Source of the DNA: Promethearchaeota archaeon
GTDB lineage: Archaea > Asgardarchaeota > Lokiarchaeia > Sigyniarchaeales > SOKP01
Reading direction: 5' to 3'
Length of the DNA: 64,000 bases
NCBI GenBank assembly: GCA_048939995.1
Contig: JBHLOY010000001.1
Coordinates: 430,449 to 494,448, forward strand
Shown here: piece by piece, positions 10,163 to 19,992 of the stretch
Layout: each line of letters begins with the position of its first letter
Position numbering within the stretch: the stretch's first letter is position 1
The notes under the pieces: model-generated
Databases searched by the model: none
Told to the model about the DNA's origin: nothing
The model's input: the letters and a program-made list of their open reading frames with translations, nothing else
Made by a program: the position numbers and the translations under genes

Positions 10163-11032
10163 ATGAAGTCAATGATTATTACCCCTAGCCCTATAGATCC
10201 TGAAGTTCAAGTTCTTTCAGAACAATTTAAAAAGTTTGGATATAATATCGAGTATTTTGTACCTTCAAAATTTATCGCTAAAATTAAGATTAGCCATTTT
10301 GAATCTCAATTTAAAGATCTTGAACCAAGAGCAGCACTTGTAAGAGGCTTTGGAGCAGCTCAAACTCAAAAAATTTTCTTTAGGTTGGATTTATTAAGTG
10401 CTATTGAAGAATATAATGTGAAGTTAATTAATTCGAGAGAATCACTAGAAATTGCCAGCGACAAGTTTCTAACGTCTCTTTTTTTAGAAAAGAATAATAT
10501 AGCAACTCCAAGGACAATAGTTTGTGAAGATCCTGGGGATGCATTAACTTCTTTTGAGGAATTGGGTGGGGATATTGTATTAAAACCTCTTTATGGCTCT
10601 CGAGGTGTAGGAATTACAAGAATAAATGATAGAGGATTTGCTGAAAACGTAATTTATGCCCTAGGTCAATTGAATGAAGTCTTCTATTTACAAGAATTTA
10701 TTGAGCATTACAATCGAGATATTAGGATTCTTGTGCTAGGAGATAAAGTGATTGCAGGTATGTACCGAGTAAGCGATAAGTGGAAAACTAATATTCATGC
10801 AGGTGCCAGAATGGAGCCTATAGAACTGACATCCGAATTAAAAAATTTAGCAATTAGAGCAGCTAAGGTTACTAAAACTGAAATCGCTGGAGTAGATATT
10901 GTAGAAAGTGAAAAGGGTTTGTTGGTTTTGGAGGTCAACTCAATTCCTGGATTTACAGCACTACAAAAAGTTACGAACGTTAATATTGCTGAAGAAATGA
11001 TAAATTACTTTTTAAATAGAACAAAAATTTAG
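10163..11032 (+). CDS. RimK/MptN-family ATP-grasp alpha-L-glutamate ligase
   Basis: ASDKFLT, KPLYGSRGVG, YLQEFI, WKTNIHAG, GVDI...EVNSIPG motifs. Confidence 0.9.
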   Translation: MKSMIITPSPIDPEVQVLSEQFKKFGYNIEYFVPSKFIAKIKISHFESQFKDLEPRAALVRGFGAAQTQKIFFRLDLLSAIEEYNVKLINSRESLEIASDKFLTSLFLEKNNIATPRTIVCEDPGDALTSFEELGGDIVLKPLYGSRGVGITRINDRGFAENVIYALGQLNEVFYLQEFIEHYNRDIRILVLGDKVIAGMYRVSDKWKTNIHAGARMEPIELTSELKNLAIRAAKVTKTEIAGVDIVESEKGLLVLEVNSIPGFTALQKVTNVNIAEEMINYFLNRTKI

Positions 11033-11079
11033 AAAAATTAGAAAAAAATTAGATTTTCAACTTATTCTATGATATTAGA

Positions 11080-11421
11080 CTATAATTCTTCAATTAAACC
11101 AATTAAAAATGCAATAAGAACCAAAACTCCCGCTAAGATATCCACAAAAATAATCATCAGAACTGCTAAGATAAATAACATAATCCAATTAAATGGAATG
11201 GGATTATTTGGTTTTATACCCGCTAAAAGTGTTATGATTGCCACCGCAAAACCGATAATAATTGCTACAACAATATGAAGTCCAAGAGGAATTGGGTATA
11301 GCTGATACTGTGTACCTATTCCAGGGATCAATCTAAGTATGAGATAAACTATTCCGACTAATGCCCCAATGATAGTCAAAAACTTCATTATTCCTTCATT
11401 CTTATAATGTTTCTTCACCAT
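11080..11421 (-). CDS. Small integral membrane protein
   Basis: About 4 hydrophobic segments. Confidence 0.7.
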   Translation of the reverse strand: MVKKHYKNEGIMKFLTIIGALVGIVYLILRLIPGIGTQYQLYPIPLGLHIVVAIIIGFAVAIITLLAGIKPNNPIPFNWIMLFILAVLMIIFVDILAGVLVLIAFLIGLIEEL

Positions 11422-11563
11422 ATTCTATCATCTCGTTTAAAATAATATTCTTATTAAGTTTTTAAATTATAAAAGAATTTTCTATTTTTGAAACCGAATG
11501 ATATAGTAATACAAAATTGATTTAAACATAACTTTATTTTAATTTTAAAACATTCTAATCAAT

Positions 11564-12427
11564 ATGACATTTTCAATAGTTGCATATGACGCTAAGAATA
11601 ATGAGTGGGGGATCGCAGTTCAATCAAAATTTGTGGCTGTAGGAGCAATTGTTCCTATTGCTAAGGCTAATGTAGGTGCCATAGCTACACAAGCATATGC
11701 AAATACAAGTTATGGGCCAAAGGGTCTTTCTTTACTTGAAAAAGGTCTAACGGCTAAAGACACAGTTGAAAGATTATTGAAAGAGGATGAGTTAAGAGAA
11801 GAAAGACAAGTAGGAATTATAGATTCATACGGAAATGCACATGCATTTACTGGAAAGAAATGTTTCGACTGGGCTGGTCATGTAATTGGTGAGAATTATA
11901 CTTGCCAGGGAAATATACTAACTTCTGAAGCAGTTATAGAAGCAATGGCAGAAGCTTTTGAAAACACAAAAAAAGATTTAGTTGAAAAACTTTTCGCAGC
12001 TTTAGAAGCTGGTCAAGAGAAAGGAGGTGATAAAAGGGGAAGAGAATCTGCTGCAATTCTAATTGTAAAAGAAAAAGGTGCTTATGATGGTGGAACTGAT
12101 AGATATATTGATATAAGGGTTGATGAACATCCAGACCCAATCAAAGAATTACGTAATGTTTTTGAAGTCTATGATATGTCTATTCTTCTTAGAGATGATC
12201 CAAATGACATTATCAAATTGGAGGGGGAAGCAGCTGTAATTGTAAAAGAAAGGTTAAAATTAGATGGTTTTTATGAAGGTGAAATTAACGAATTATATGA
12301 TGAAGAAACTAAAGCTGCTCTAAGAGATTGGTTAGGAATAAATAATTTTGAGGTCAAAGAAAGAGATGATGAATATATGTGGGGCTCCGTGTATAGATAT
12401 ATATTCAAATTAAGAAACAAACTTTAA
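11564..12427 (+). CDS. DUF1028 family (Ntn-hydrolase-like) protein
   Basis: MTFSIVAYD...WGIAVQSKF...GAIATQA...GGDKRG...DIRVDEHPDPI. Confidence 0.9.
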   Translation: MTFSIVAYDAKNNEWGIAVQSKFVAVGAIVPIAKANVGAIATQAYANTSYGPKGLSLLEKGLTAKDTVERLLKEDELREERQVGIIDSYGNAHAFTGKKCFDWAGHVIGENYTCQGNILTSEAVIEAMAEAFENTKKDLVEKLFAALEAGQEKGGDKRGRESAAILIVKEKGAYDGGTDRYIDIRVDEHPDPIKELRNVFEVYDMSILLRDDPNDIIKLEGEAAVIVKERLKLDGFYEGEINELYDEETKAALRDWLGINNFEVKERDDEYMWGSVYRYIFKLRNKL

Positions 12428-12536
12428 GATTTCTTTTCAAATTATAGATCTTCTATAATATCCAGATAATATCGCGATATTTCTCCTTTTAAAATAGAGA
12501 GCTTAAAGTTATAATTTTGTGATAGAAGAGAAAATT

Positions 12537-12692
12537 ATGAAATATCGGAATGATTTAGTAGTAGCAAGAAAATTAGCAAAAAATAGATTTGCAAATCAAG
12601 ATTACTACAAAGAAATGAGCATTAAATTAGAGCATTTATTAAAGTTTTATGAAAATTTAAGAATTTGGAACGAGCTTTCTAATGAAAATTGA
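12537..12692 (+). CDS. Small hypothetical protein (51 aa)
   Basis: MKYRNDLVVARKLAKNRFANQDYYKEMSIKLEHLLKFYENLRIWNELSNEN fills the intergenic gap; below the ORF-track cutoff. Confidence 0.5.
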   Translation: MKYRNDLVVARKLAKNRFANQDYYKEMSIKLEHLLKFYENLRIWNELSNEN

Positions 12693-13301
12693 TTATTCTA
12701 TTGTTAGAAGATTGAAATTAAAATACCTTTTTAATAGTTCATAGATTTTAAATAGCGGCAAACCAATGACATTAGAAAATGAGCCATCGATAGATTTTAC
12801 AAATATATTAGCTTTATCATTAATCGAATAAGCTCCTGCTCTTCCTTTCCATTCACCTGATTTTAAGTAGGACCAAATCTCTTCATCTGATAATTCCCCA
12901 AAATGAACTGTTGTAGATTCATAATCAACAATCAAATTCGAAGATGATGTAGCTGTAAGAGCTATACCTGTAAGTAAATTATGTGACTTATTTTGTAATT
13001 TCTTCAACATCTGGTAAGCTTGTTCTTGATTTGAAGGTTTTCCAATAACCTCTTTATTACAATCAACAATTGTATCTGCGGCTATTATTATAGCATTTAG
13101 ACTTTCTTCCATAATCAATCTTTTAACATATAGAGCTTTTGCTTTTGCTAATTCTTTGACTAAGTTTACTGGGATCTTAATTTTTCTTTTATAGATGTCT
13201 TCATCGATCTTAGCAACTCTAGTTTCAAAAGGAATTTTTGCTCTTCTTAAAATTTCATGCCTATCCCTTGATTGAGAAGCTAATATAATTTTTTCTAACA
13301 A
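12693..13301 (-). CDS. maf: Maf-family nucleoside triphosphate pyrophosphatase
   Basis: IILASQSRDR, IIAADTIV, IGKP, GRAGAY, NVIGLP. Confidence 0.92.
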   Translation of the reverse strand: MLEKIILASQSRDRHEILRRAKIPFETRVAKIDEDIYKRKIKIPVNLVKELAKAKALYVKRLIMEESLNAIIIAADTIVDCNKEVIGKPSNQEQAYQMLKKLQNKSHNLLTGIALTATSSSNLIVDYESTTVHFGELSDEEIWSYLKSGEWKGRAGAYSINDKANIFVKSIDGSFSNVIGLPLFKIYELLKRYFNFNLLTIE

Positions 13302-13443
13302 AATTGGCTAAACACTCGATTTTTTTATTTAAATTTTGGTAAAAATTTTAATAAATAGTGTTCTTTGAAGATGTTAAAGATTTAAATTATTCATCAAATA
13401 AATTTATGTTATAATGCTATAAAATTAATTATCTTGAACTTTT

Positions 13444-14541
13444 ATGATTGAATTTTCAGTATGGTTTATTTTTATTACTTTTTCCTATATTATAATTTTA
13501 TATCTATTTTTGCATTTTTCTAAGAAAAAAGATCGATTTAATAATATATTAGGGTTTGCTGCGTTATCTATTGTTTTCATGCATTTATTAATCATTTTTA
13601 TCCTAATGTTTCAAGATGCTACACTTCATTCAGATCTAATTCCACTTTGGTTTTTTACGCTAGGATTTCCTATACTAGTTTTGGTTGTAGTAGTTCTTTT
13701 TTCGTCGTTTCTAGGACTCATAATTAAATTTTTAATCAATTTTCGCTCTTTTAAGCGCTTAAATATTAAAAGAGAATTTAAATTTAAAGAGAAAAGTAAA
13801 GTAAAAAATGATTTATATCGAAAAGTGCCTCATGCTTTAATGTTTATTGGTATTTTAGCATTATGGCTAATTGGGGTGTACGTTATTTATTCTACAATAG
13901 GAACTACTGAAGGGATGATCCCATATGAGAATAATATGTTTTATCTATACTTACAAATTCTAACTATGCCAAATAGCATTCGTAGTGTATTGTTTTCCTT
14001 AGGTTGGTTTTATTATCTATTACTCTTCTTTTTTTATGTTTTTGCATTAATAATGCTAACTAATGAATTTACTCGCAAATCACGATATGTGAGTTTTCCT
14101 ACAAATATTTTTTGTACTATTTTTCTAAATAAAAATGAAAAAGAGTCATATGGCACATATCTATATTTTTCGATTGGCCATATGTTTGCAGCTTTGATTT
14201 GTCCTCCAATGGTATTTTTTTCCATTTTAGGAATTAGTACTATCGCAGATTTAGTCGCAAGTCAGATCGGGATAAGATATGGAAAGAATCATATAAGCTT
14301 TAACCAAAATAAAACATGGGAGGGCACTTTTGCCGGTTCAATTGCCGCCTTTTTCATAAGCTTCCCTTTTATAGGTCATATATGGGCTTTTATATTTACT
14401 ATTACATTTTTATTTCTTGATATATTGACTGAGAAACCATTAAAAATATCTGATAACTTAATCTTTCCAATGGCTTTATCAATTATTTATTTTATTATCA
14501 GATTCATATTTAATTTAAATTATTATTCTCTGTTAGGTTAA
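13444..14541 (+). CDS. CTP-dependent polyprenol/diacylglycerol kinase-like membrane protein (SEC59/DGK1/VTE5 family)
   Basis: RKVPH, ADLVASQIGIRYG, KTWEGTFAG, ISDNL. Confidence 0.8.
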   Translation: MIEFSVWFIFITFSYIIILYLFLHFSKKKDRFNNILGFAALSIVFMHLLIIFILMFQDATLHSDLIPLWFFTLGFPILVLVVVVLFSSFLGLIIKFLINFRSFKRLNIKREFKFKEKSKVKNDLYRKVPHALMFIGILALWLIGVYVIYSTIGTTEGMIPYENNMFYLYLQILTMPNSIRSVLFSLGWFYYLLLFFFYVFALIMLTNEFTRKSRYVSFPTNIFCTIFLNKNEKESYGTYLYFSIGHMFAALICPPMVFFSILGISTIADLVASQIGIRYGKNHISFNQNKTWEGTFAGSIAAFFISFPFIGHIWAFIFTITFLFLDILTEKPLKISDNLIFPMALSIIYFIIRFIFNLNYYSLLG

Positions 14542-14544
14542 AAC

Positions 14545-15576
14545 ATGTTTTATCTACCCACAAGTATTATTTTATTTGGATACTCAATAACCACTTTAAT
14601 TTATATATTAATAAATTGGAAAGATAAAGTAAAAAAAGGGTTAATTGTTAATGAACTCGCTATAGCACTTTTATTTGGTTTAGCAGGGATGTTATTTCCT
14701 TATATGTTCATTTTTCATTCTGCTTCAATACCATTAGACTCTTTAAATTTTTTATGGCTATTAACCTCGATTACCTTTTTAACTGAGATGGGAATTTTAT
14801 CTATTATTTTAGTTTACAACACAATAATTTCGAAAAGAAATCCACAGATCATGGCAGAGAGAGAGTATAGTAGATACTGTGAAGAATTCAATCAAAATTG
14901 GAATGATGATTTGAAGAGTGAACGTGGAAGAAAAATGTTACATCTATTTACCAGTTGTGTTATTTTTATTTGTTGGAGCTTAGGAACTATATTGGACGCT
15001 TTTGGTATATTAGATAAAATTTCTCTTGACAATTACAGCTTTTCCTATTTACTTATTATTATAATTGGATTTGGATTTATTTTTATGTTTCAAATAGCAG
15101 ATTTAGCACGATTAAATAAATTTTATATGTTGCCAAATTGGGCTCGAAAATGGTATTTATCTATGCGAAAAGAGGAACAGGAAACTTTTTTAGCAGCTAC
15201 GCCATTAGTTTTATCTTTTGTACCTTTCATTTTTGCTCCCTTCCCAATTTTTGGCGCAGTATCTTTAATTGCTACTGGCGCAGATGCGATGGCCTGTATT
15301 ATTGGAAAAAAATATGGAAAACATTCCCTTAGGAAGAATTCAAAGAAAACCATAGAAGGGTTTGTGGCAGGTGGAATAAGCACGTTCTTGATTGTCTTTA
15401 TTATATTTAATATTTACCATATATGGATGCCAATTAACCAAATAAAAATAATTATGATGGCGTTTATAGCTACGAGCATTTTTTTGATTGTTGATATGTA
15501 TGCAAAATTCATCTCTGATAATATTTTAAATCCAATCTTGACAGGATTAGGGATGTGGTTAATCTATTTACTTTAA
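14545..15576 (+). CDS. CTP-dependent polyprenol/diacylglycerol kinase-like membrane protein (paralog)
   Basis: RKMLH, GADAMACIIGKKYG, KKTIEGFVAG, ISDNI. Confidence 0.8.
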   Translation: MFYLPTSIILFGYSITTLIYILINWKDKVKKGLIVNELAIALLFGLAGMLFPYMFIFHSASIPLDSLNFLWLLTSITFLTEMGILSIILVYNTIISKRNPQIMAEREYSRYCEEFNQNWNDDLKSERGRKMLHLFTSCVIFICWSLGTILDAFGILDKISLDNYSFSYLLIIIIGFGFIFMFQIADLARLNKFYMLPNWARKWYLSMRKEEQETFLAATPLVLSFVPFIFAPFPIFGAVSLIATGADAMACIIGKKYGKHSLRKNSKKTIEGFVAGGISTFLIVFIIFNIYHIWMPINQIKIIMMAFIATSIFLIVDMYAKFISDNILNPILTGLGMWLIYLL

Positions 15577-15584
15577 GTTAAGAT

Positions 15585-15878
15585 TTAACCACCAAAATAA
15601 AGATATAAAAAGGCTATATCATCACCATCTTTCAAAAGAGTTTCCAAAAATTTGTCATGGCGATAACTTATCCCATTAATAATTATTGATAAAAATGAAC
15701 TAAATTGCCCAGGTCTTTTTTTATCCCATAGAAGCTCTTTAAATTTTTGCCCATATTTTTCATAGAAGTATTCTAATAAGTCTTGTAGGGTGAGTTCTTT
15801 CTCAAGTTTTACTATTTCATTTGTTTTTTTGGTAACTTCATTGAATGGTGGTTCGTATCGAAGTTTTAAAGCGATCAT
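15585..15878 (-). CDS. MoaD/ThiS/SAMP ubiquitin-like protein
   Basis: IIING...LKDGDDIAF...C-terminal GG. Confidence 0.85.
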   Translation of the reverse strand: MIALKLRYEPPFNEVTKKTNEIVKLEKELTLQDLLEYFYEKYGQKFKELLWDKKRPGQFSSFLSIIINGISYRHDKFLETLLKDGDDIAFLYLYFGG

Positions 15879-16018
15879 ATATTTTACTCCTTATAAATTA
15901 AAAAGAATGATACTTAGGAATCATAAATTATTAAAAATATAAATTTTTAATGGAAATAAAAAATAAAAAGGATTTTTTTAATACCATTTTTATACTATAT
16001 TCGAAATTAAAGGGGAGC

Positions 16019-16201
16019 TTATATATTATCTGTAATTTCTTCTTTTCCCTCTTTAACAGCTTTCTTAACTCCCTTTGATACGCTCCCTTTCTTAACGCCT
16101 TTTTCTACACCTTTCCCAATAGCCTCGCTACCGGTGAAATCTTCAACGATCCCACCAGCTGCTTTTGCTAAACCTTTTTTTAATTTTTTGGCAAAGCCCA
16201 A
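16019..16201 (-). CDS. Small Lys/Gly-rich amphipathic protein
   Basis: TTG start after GAGGTTGA; KGVEK/KGVKK repeats. Confidence 0.65.
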   Translation of the reverse strand: MGFAKKLKKGLAKAAGGIVEDFTGSEAIGKGVEKGVKKGSVSKGVKKAVKEGKEEITDNI

Positions 16202-16364
16202 TTAACTCAACCTCTTAGATTTAATAAATATAAGATAAAGTATAGTTTTTTAAATGTATTTAAAAACAAAATAGAATTAACATGTTTTCTTATTAAAAAA
16301 TTAACAACTAGATTATAAAATTAAAAAAGATAATTGCTTAATTGTAGATAAAGAGGTATCGAAA

Positions 16365-17381
16365 ATGGCACAAACACTTTTTATTTCAGAAAGAACCATA
16401 CGAGATGCTTGGCTTTCTGCTTTAGCACAAGTTCTATTTAATGGAGATAATATTAAAACGGAATATGATAAGACAGATGATCCCCCCTCAAAAGATGCAA
16501 CAGCCTTGATAGAGGTTAAAGAACCATTAAAAGATCCAATTATGAGAAAGGAAAAGTTAATGAAGATTAACACTAAATATGGAAACTCTTATGAAGTATA
16601 TGGATGCATCGCTGATACTTATCTAATTGGATCAATTCAGAGTGGGTATATTGAAGAAATTCTACAAGGTGTAAATGATCATTATATTTGGGATTCAAAT
16701 GTGAGTTTTCCTTACTCATATCATGACAGGATTTTCAAATATACTCCCTTCTCTCTTGAAGACACAGTTCATGTAGATTACGATTTAGAAATTGTAGAAA
16801 ATGAATTTGTAAAAAGTCACCAAAAGTTAATCAAGGCAAATAAGATTGTAAAATCTAATGATGGTTTAACTTGGAAACTCAAAAATCTTGTAGATTTTAG
16901 CCTTGAGAAAAAAATTTCTGATCAGATTGGAGTAGATAAAATCCCCATAGGAGTAATAAGATTCCCAAAGATCAATCAAATAGAATATATAATTCAAAAA
17001 TTAAAAGAAAAACCATTTTCAAGAAGAGCTCAAGCAATAACATGGAGGCCACTAGTGGATCCTTTTCATGTAGATCCTCCTTGTCTTCAAAGAATTTATA
17101 TGCGAATTAAAGATGGAAAACTTTTAATGCAAACTACTTGGAGGAGCAGAGACCTATTTAGAGCTTGGGAAGCTAATGTAAATGGAATGATTAGAATTCA
17201 AAAATTAGTGGCTGATGAGCTGGGAGTGGAATTGGGTCATTACTTAGATTTCAGTAACTCACTACATATATATGGAAACACTATTTCAGAAGTCAAAGAT
17301 ATGTTTAATCGTATGATAAATCGAGGTGAGAAATTTCCTAGTGAAGTTGAAACCCTTCTTGAAAAGTATATCAAGGATTAA
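16365..17381 (+). CDS. thyA: Archaeal thymidylate synthase-like protein with internal insertion
   Basis: YSYHDR, NQIEYII, SRRAQAITW, PPCLQ, WRSRD, SLHIY. Confidence 0.85.
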   Translation: MAQTLFISERTIRDAWLSALAQVLFNGDNIKTEYDKTDDPPSKDATALIEVKEPLKDPIMRKEKLMKINTKYGNSYEVYGCIADTYLIGSIQSGYIEEILQGVNDHYIWDSNVSFPYSYHDRIFKYTPFSLEDTVHVDYDLEIVENEFVKSHQKLIKANKIVKSNDGLTWKLKNLVDFSLEKKISDQIGVDKIPIGVIRFPKINQIEYIIQKLKEKPFSRRAQAITWRPLVDPFHVDPPCLQRIYMRIKDGKLLMQTTWRSRDLFRAWEANVNGMIRIQKLVADELGVELGHYLDFSNSLHIYGNTISEVKDMFNRMINRGEKFPSEVETLLEKYIKD

Positions 17382-18154
17382 TTATCGAAAATTTTAGGAA
17401 AGATATTTCTAGTATTATTATAGATTTGTTCTTCGAGCTCATCAATCGATACATTCTTTAGCTTTGATATCGATCTTAAAACTTCTTTTATCATAGCAGG
17501 AGTACCTACTTTTCCTGAATATTCAACAGGACCATCACTTTCTAATAATAAGCGTTCTACATCCACCATTTCGACTGTCTTCTTTACTGCTAGAGAATAA
17601 TTAATTGCAGGTGTTATTGAAAAGTAATAACCTCTATTAATGCCTAACTTTAATAAGTTTTCTGGTCCTGAATACCAATGAATATTAACATTTGGAATAT
17701 TATACGATAATAAAGAATCAAAAACAGTTTGTTCTGCACCCTTGCTATGAATTATCACAGGTAATCTTAGATCTTCTGCTAATTTTAGCATAAGTAAAAA
17801 GATTCTCTTCTGCAATGGATAAAATTCTTTATTTTTGATGAAATAGTGATCTAGACCAATTTCCCCTACTGCAACAATTTTTTCTTTATTTGATTTTATA
17901 AAAATTTCGATCGAATCTAGCTGATCTTTAATCTTTTCATTCATTTTCACTTCTTCAGGATGTATTCCAAGTGCTGGGTATATGGATTTAAATTTTTGTG
18001 AAATTTCTAAAATTCTTTCTTGACTGAGAGCACTCATTGCAACTGCTATAATTTTTTGAACTCCAGCATTAAAAGCTTCTTTCAAGATATCTTCAATTGT
18101 TAAATAAAGATTTGCATGACAATGAACATCTATTAAAAAGTTATCCACCTTCAA
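17378..18154 (-). CDS. tatD: TatD family nuclease
   Basis: IDVHCH, GIHP, GEIGLD, IIHS, IHWYSG, LLESDGP. Confidence 0.92.
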   Translation of the reverse strand: MKVDNFLIDVHCHANLYLTIEDILKEAFNAGVQKIIAVAMSALSQERILEISQKFKSIYPALGIHPEEVKMNEKIKDQLDSIEIFIKSNKEKIVAVGEIGLDHYFIKNKEFYPLQKRIFLLMLKLAEDLRLPVIIHSKGAEQTVFDSLLSYNIPNVNIHWYSGPENLLKLGINRGYYFSITPAINYSLAVKKTVEMVDVERLLLESDGPVEYSGKVGTPAMIKEVLRSISKLKNVSIDELEEQIYNNTRNIFPKIFDN

Positions 18155-18182
18155 AAATTTAAAATAATCTAGCTTAGCGCAC

Positions 18183-18518
18183 TCACAATCGGCTAATTTC
18201 TGCTCTTAAATCCACAATTTTTTTTACTAATTGAAATTTTCCCTTTGGATATGATTTTGTATCTAAATATTGCTTTAAATTTTCTAATTCCTTAATTAAA
18301 TAATTCTTTATATCTTCTTTAGTCACATGACCTAAAAGTTTTGGTAAGGGTTCGATCTTCTCTGATCGCTTAACTCTTAGACTTGAGATTGCCTTTGCTA
18401 ATTGTGCTTGAAATCCCTTAGACTCTGAGATATCAGAACCACCAAGCATATCTAAAGAAGTTTTTAAGCCATCAATAAAGGCCTCTAAGTCCTTTATCTC
18501 TATATCATCATCAGTCAT
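18183..18518 (-). CDS. Hypothetical protein
   Basis: 111-aa helical ORF. Confidence 0.65.
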   Translation of the reverse strand: MTDDDIEIKDLEAFIDGLKTSLDMLGGSDISESKGFQAQLAKAISSLRVKRSEKIEPLPKLLGHVTKEDIKNYLIKELENLKQYLDTKSYPKGKFQLVKKIVDLRAEISRL

Positions 18519-18617
18519 TTATAAAGTAAACACTGTGAGTTAATATCCTTATATCCTAGAAGAATTTTTATTATATATATTTCTTTATATTTTACTCTAT
18601 CTAAAGCTAATAAGCAT

Positions 18618-19367
18618 TTAAGCAAATTCTACAAAAAGTAAATTAGCAAGAGTAAATGTAATTATTTTCCTAAGATTTTCATTATAAAGTCTTACTCTGT
18701 CTGAAAATTCTATTTGAATTGCCTGACTATTTTTTATTTTACTAGCTCCATACTTTTGAGTGATATAACCTCCTGTAAGAGCGTATTCCCTCCCTCTTTG
18801 ATGATTTGGAGCAATAGAGATCCCTAATTTTACAAAAGCTTTAATAATTTTTCCTCGTAAATCTTTTCCCCAAAATCTTTGAGTTTTGGGTACTGAATAT
18901 AGAGATTCCAAATTATTAGTCCCTAATATAATGTCTACATCGCGAAAACCCGCGGGAATATCTTTTGTTTCAAATCCATGCACATCAATCAATAATGAAC
19001 GATTAAAGTGTGTTAAATTAAAGTAAATTAATTCTTGTATTTTATGGTGATAATATTGGTAAATTTCTTTAGCTAAAAGAGATATCACATCGTATGCTTT
19101 AGATTCATTCCTATTGATGTCTATTTTGCTTCTATGCACATTTGATATAATGTAGGAGGGAATTTTTTTAATATTTGATTTAGATTGATATAATATTTCA
19201 ATGCTTCTAATTAATTCTAAGGCGAGTTCTTTTGAGTTTTTATCAGTTCCAACAATGCCCTTTCTTCGATTTGGTATGACTTTAGGTTTTTTTGTACCAC
19301 TATGAGGAACTGATATAATCAATGGAATATCTCCCTTATGACACCTTATATGTTTCTCAAAAGCCAT
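18618..19367 (-). CDS. N-formylglutamate amidohydrolase family protein
   Basis: PLIISVPHSG, IDINR, LIDVHGF, GGYITQKYG, AIQIE. Confidence 0.85.
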   Translation of the reverse strand: MAFEKHIRCHKGDIPLIISVPHSGTKKPKVIPNRRKGIVGTDKNSKELALELIRSIEILYQSKSNIKKIPSYIISNVHRSKIDINRNESKAYDVISLLAKEIYQYYHHKIQELIYFNLTHFNRSLLIDVHGFETKDIPAGFRDVDIILGTNNLESLYSVPKTQRFWGKDLRGKIIKAFVKLGISIAPNHQRGREYALTGGYITQKYGASKIKNSQAIQIEFSDRVRLYNENLRKIITFTLANLLFVEFA

Positions 19368-19429
19368 GAAAGTAATTGTTAATATTTATAGAAAATAAAT
19401 AAAAAGTTAAAAATTTAAATTCCAGATTT

Positions 19430-19903
19430 TTACGTAATTGTAATCATTCTGAGTATCATAAATATACCTAACCATATTAGAAATCCACAAATACCAAAAA
19501 TATAATATGCCCAGATGTTCTTTTCTTTTATAAAAATTAAATAGCAAAATAACCAAGAACCAAGAGCTCCAACAGCCCCCATTAGTAGATCAGTAGTTAT
19601 ATTTTGCCAGCTATCAACTCTACCCTCGAATTTCCAACCCAAATCTATAAATAGCGTGTTTTCAAAAACTTCCCATAAAATTATTATTATCATTGTACAA
19701 ATAAAAACGAATAATAATGAGAAGATAGGAATATGACCCTTACTTTTTGGTATAGTGTAAAACAATGAGAAGAAGAGAAAAACACCAATGCCGAAGCAAA
19801 TATGGCCAATCGAATAAAAATCAAACCAAGCTATTCCAACCATTGAAGGATCGGTTGCTATTAAATCCACGAATAACATATTATTTTCACATTTGATTTC
19901 CAA
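19430..19903 (-). CDS. Membrane protein (DUF2585/VanZ-like)
   Basis: DFYSIGHICFG, WEVFEN, DSWQNITTD; several TM helices. Start uncertain. Confidence 0.65.
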   Translation of the reverse strand: MEIKCENNMLFVDLIATDPSMVGIAWFDFYSIGHICFGIGVFLFFSLFYTIPKSKGHIPIFSLLFVFICTMIIIILWEVFENTLFIDLGWKFEGRVDSWQNITTDLLMGAVGALGSWLFCYLIFIKEKNIWAYYIFGICGFLIWLGIFMILRMITIT

Positions 19904-19992
19904 AATGTTTCTTTTTATAATTAATAATTTTTTAATAGAATAATTCTAAATTAATAATACTATTCATTGAATATAATCTTATTTTGTGTTAA

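Noticed and set aside
16743-16971. Intein in thymidylate synthase
   Set aside because: No N-terminal Cys/Ser or C-terminal His-Asn, and too short.
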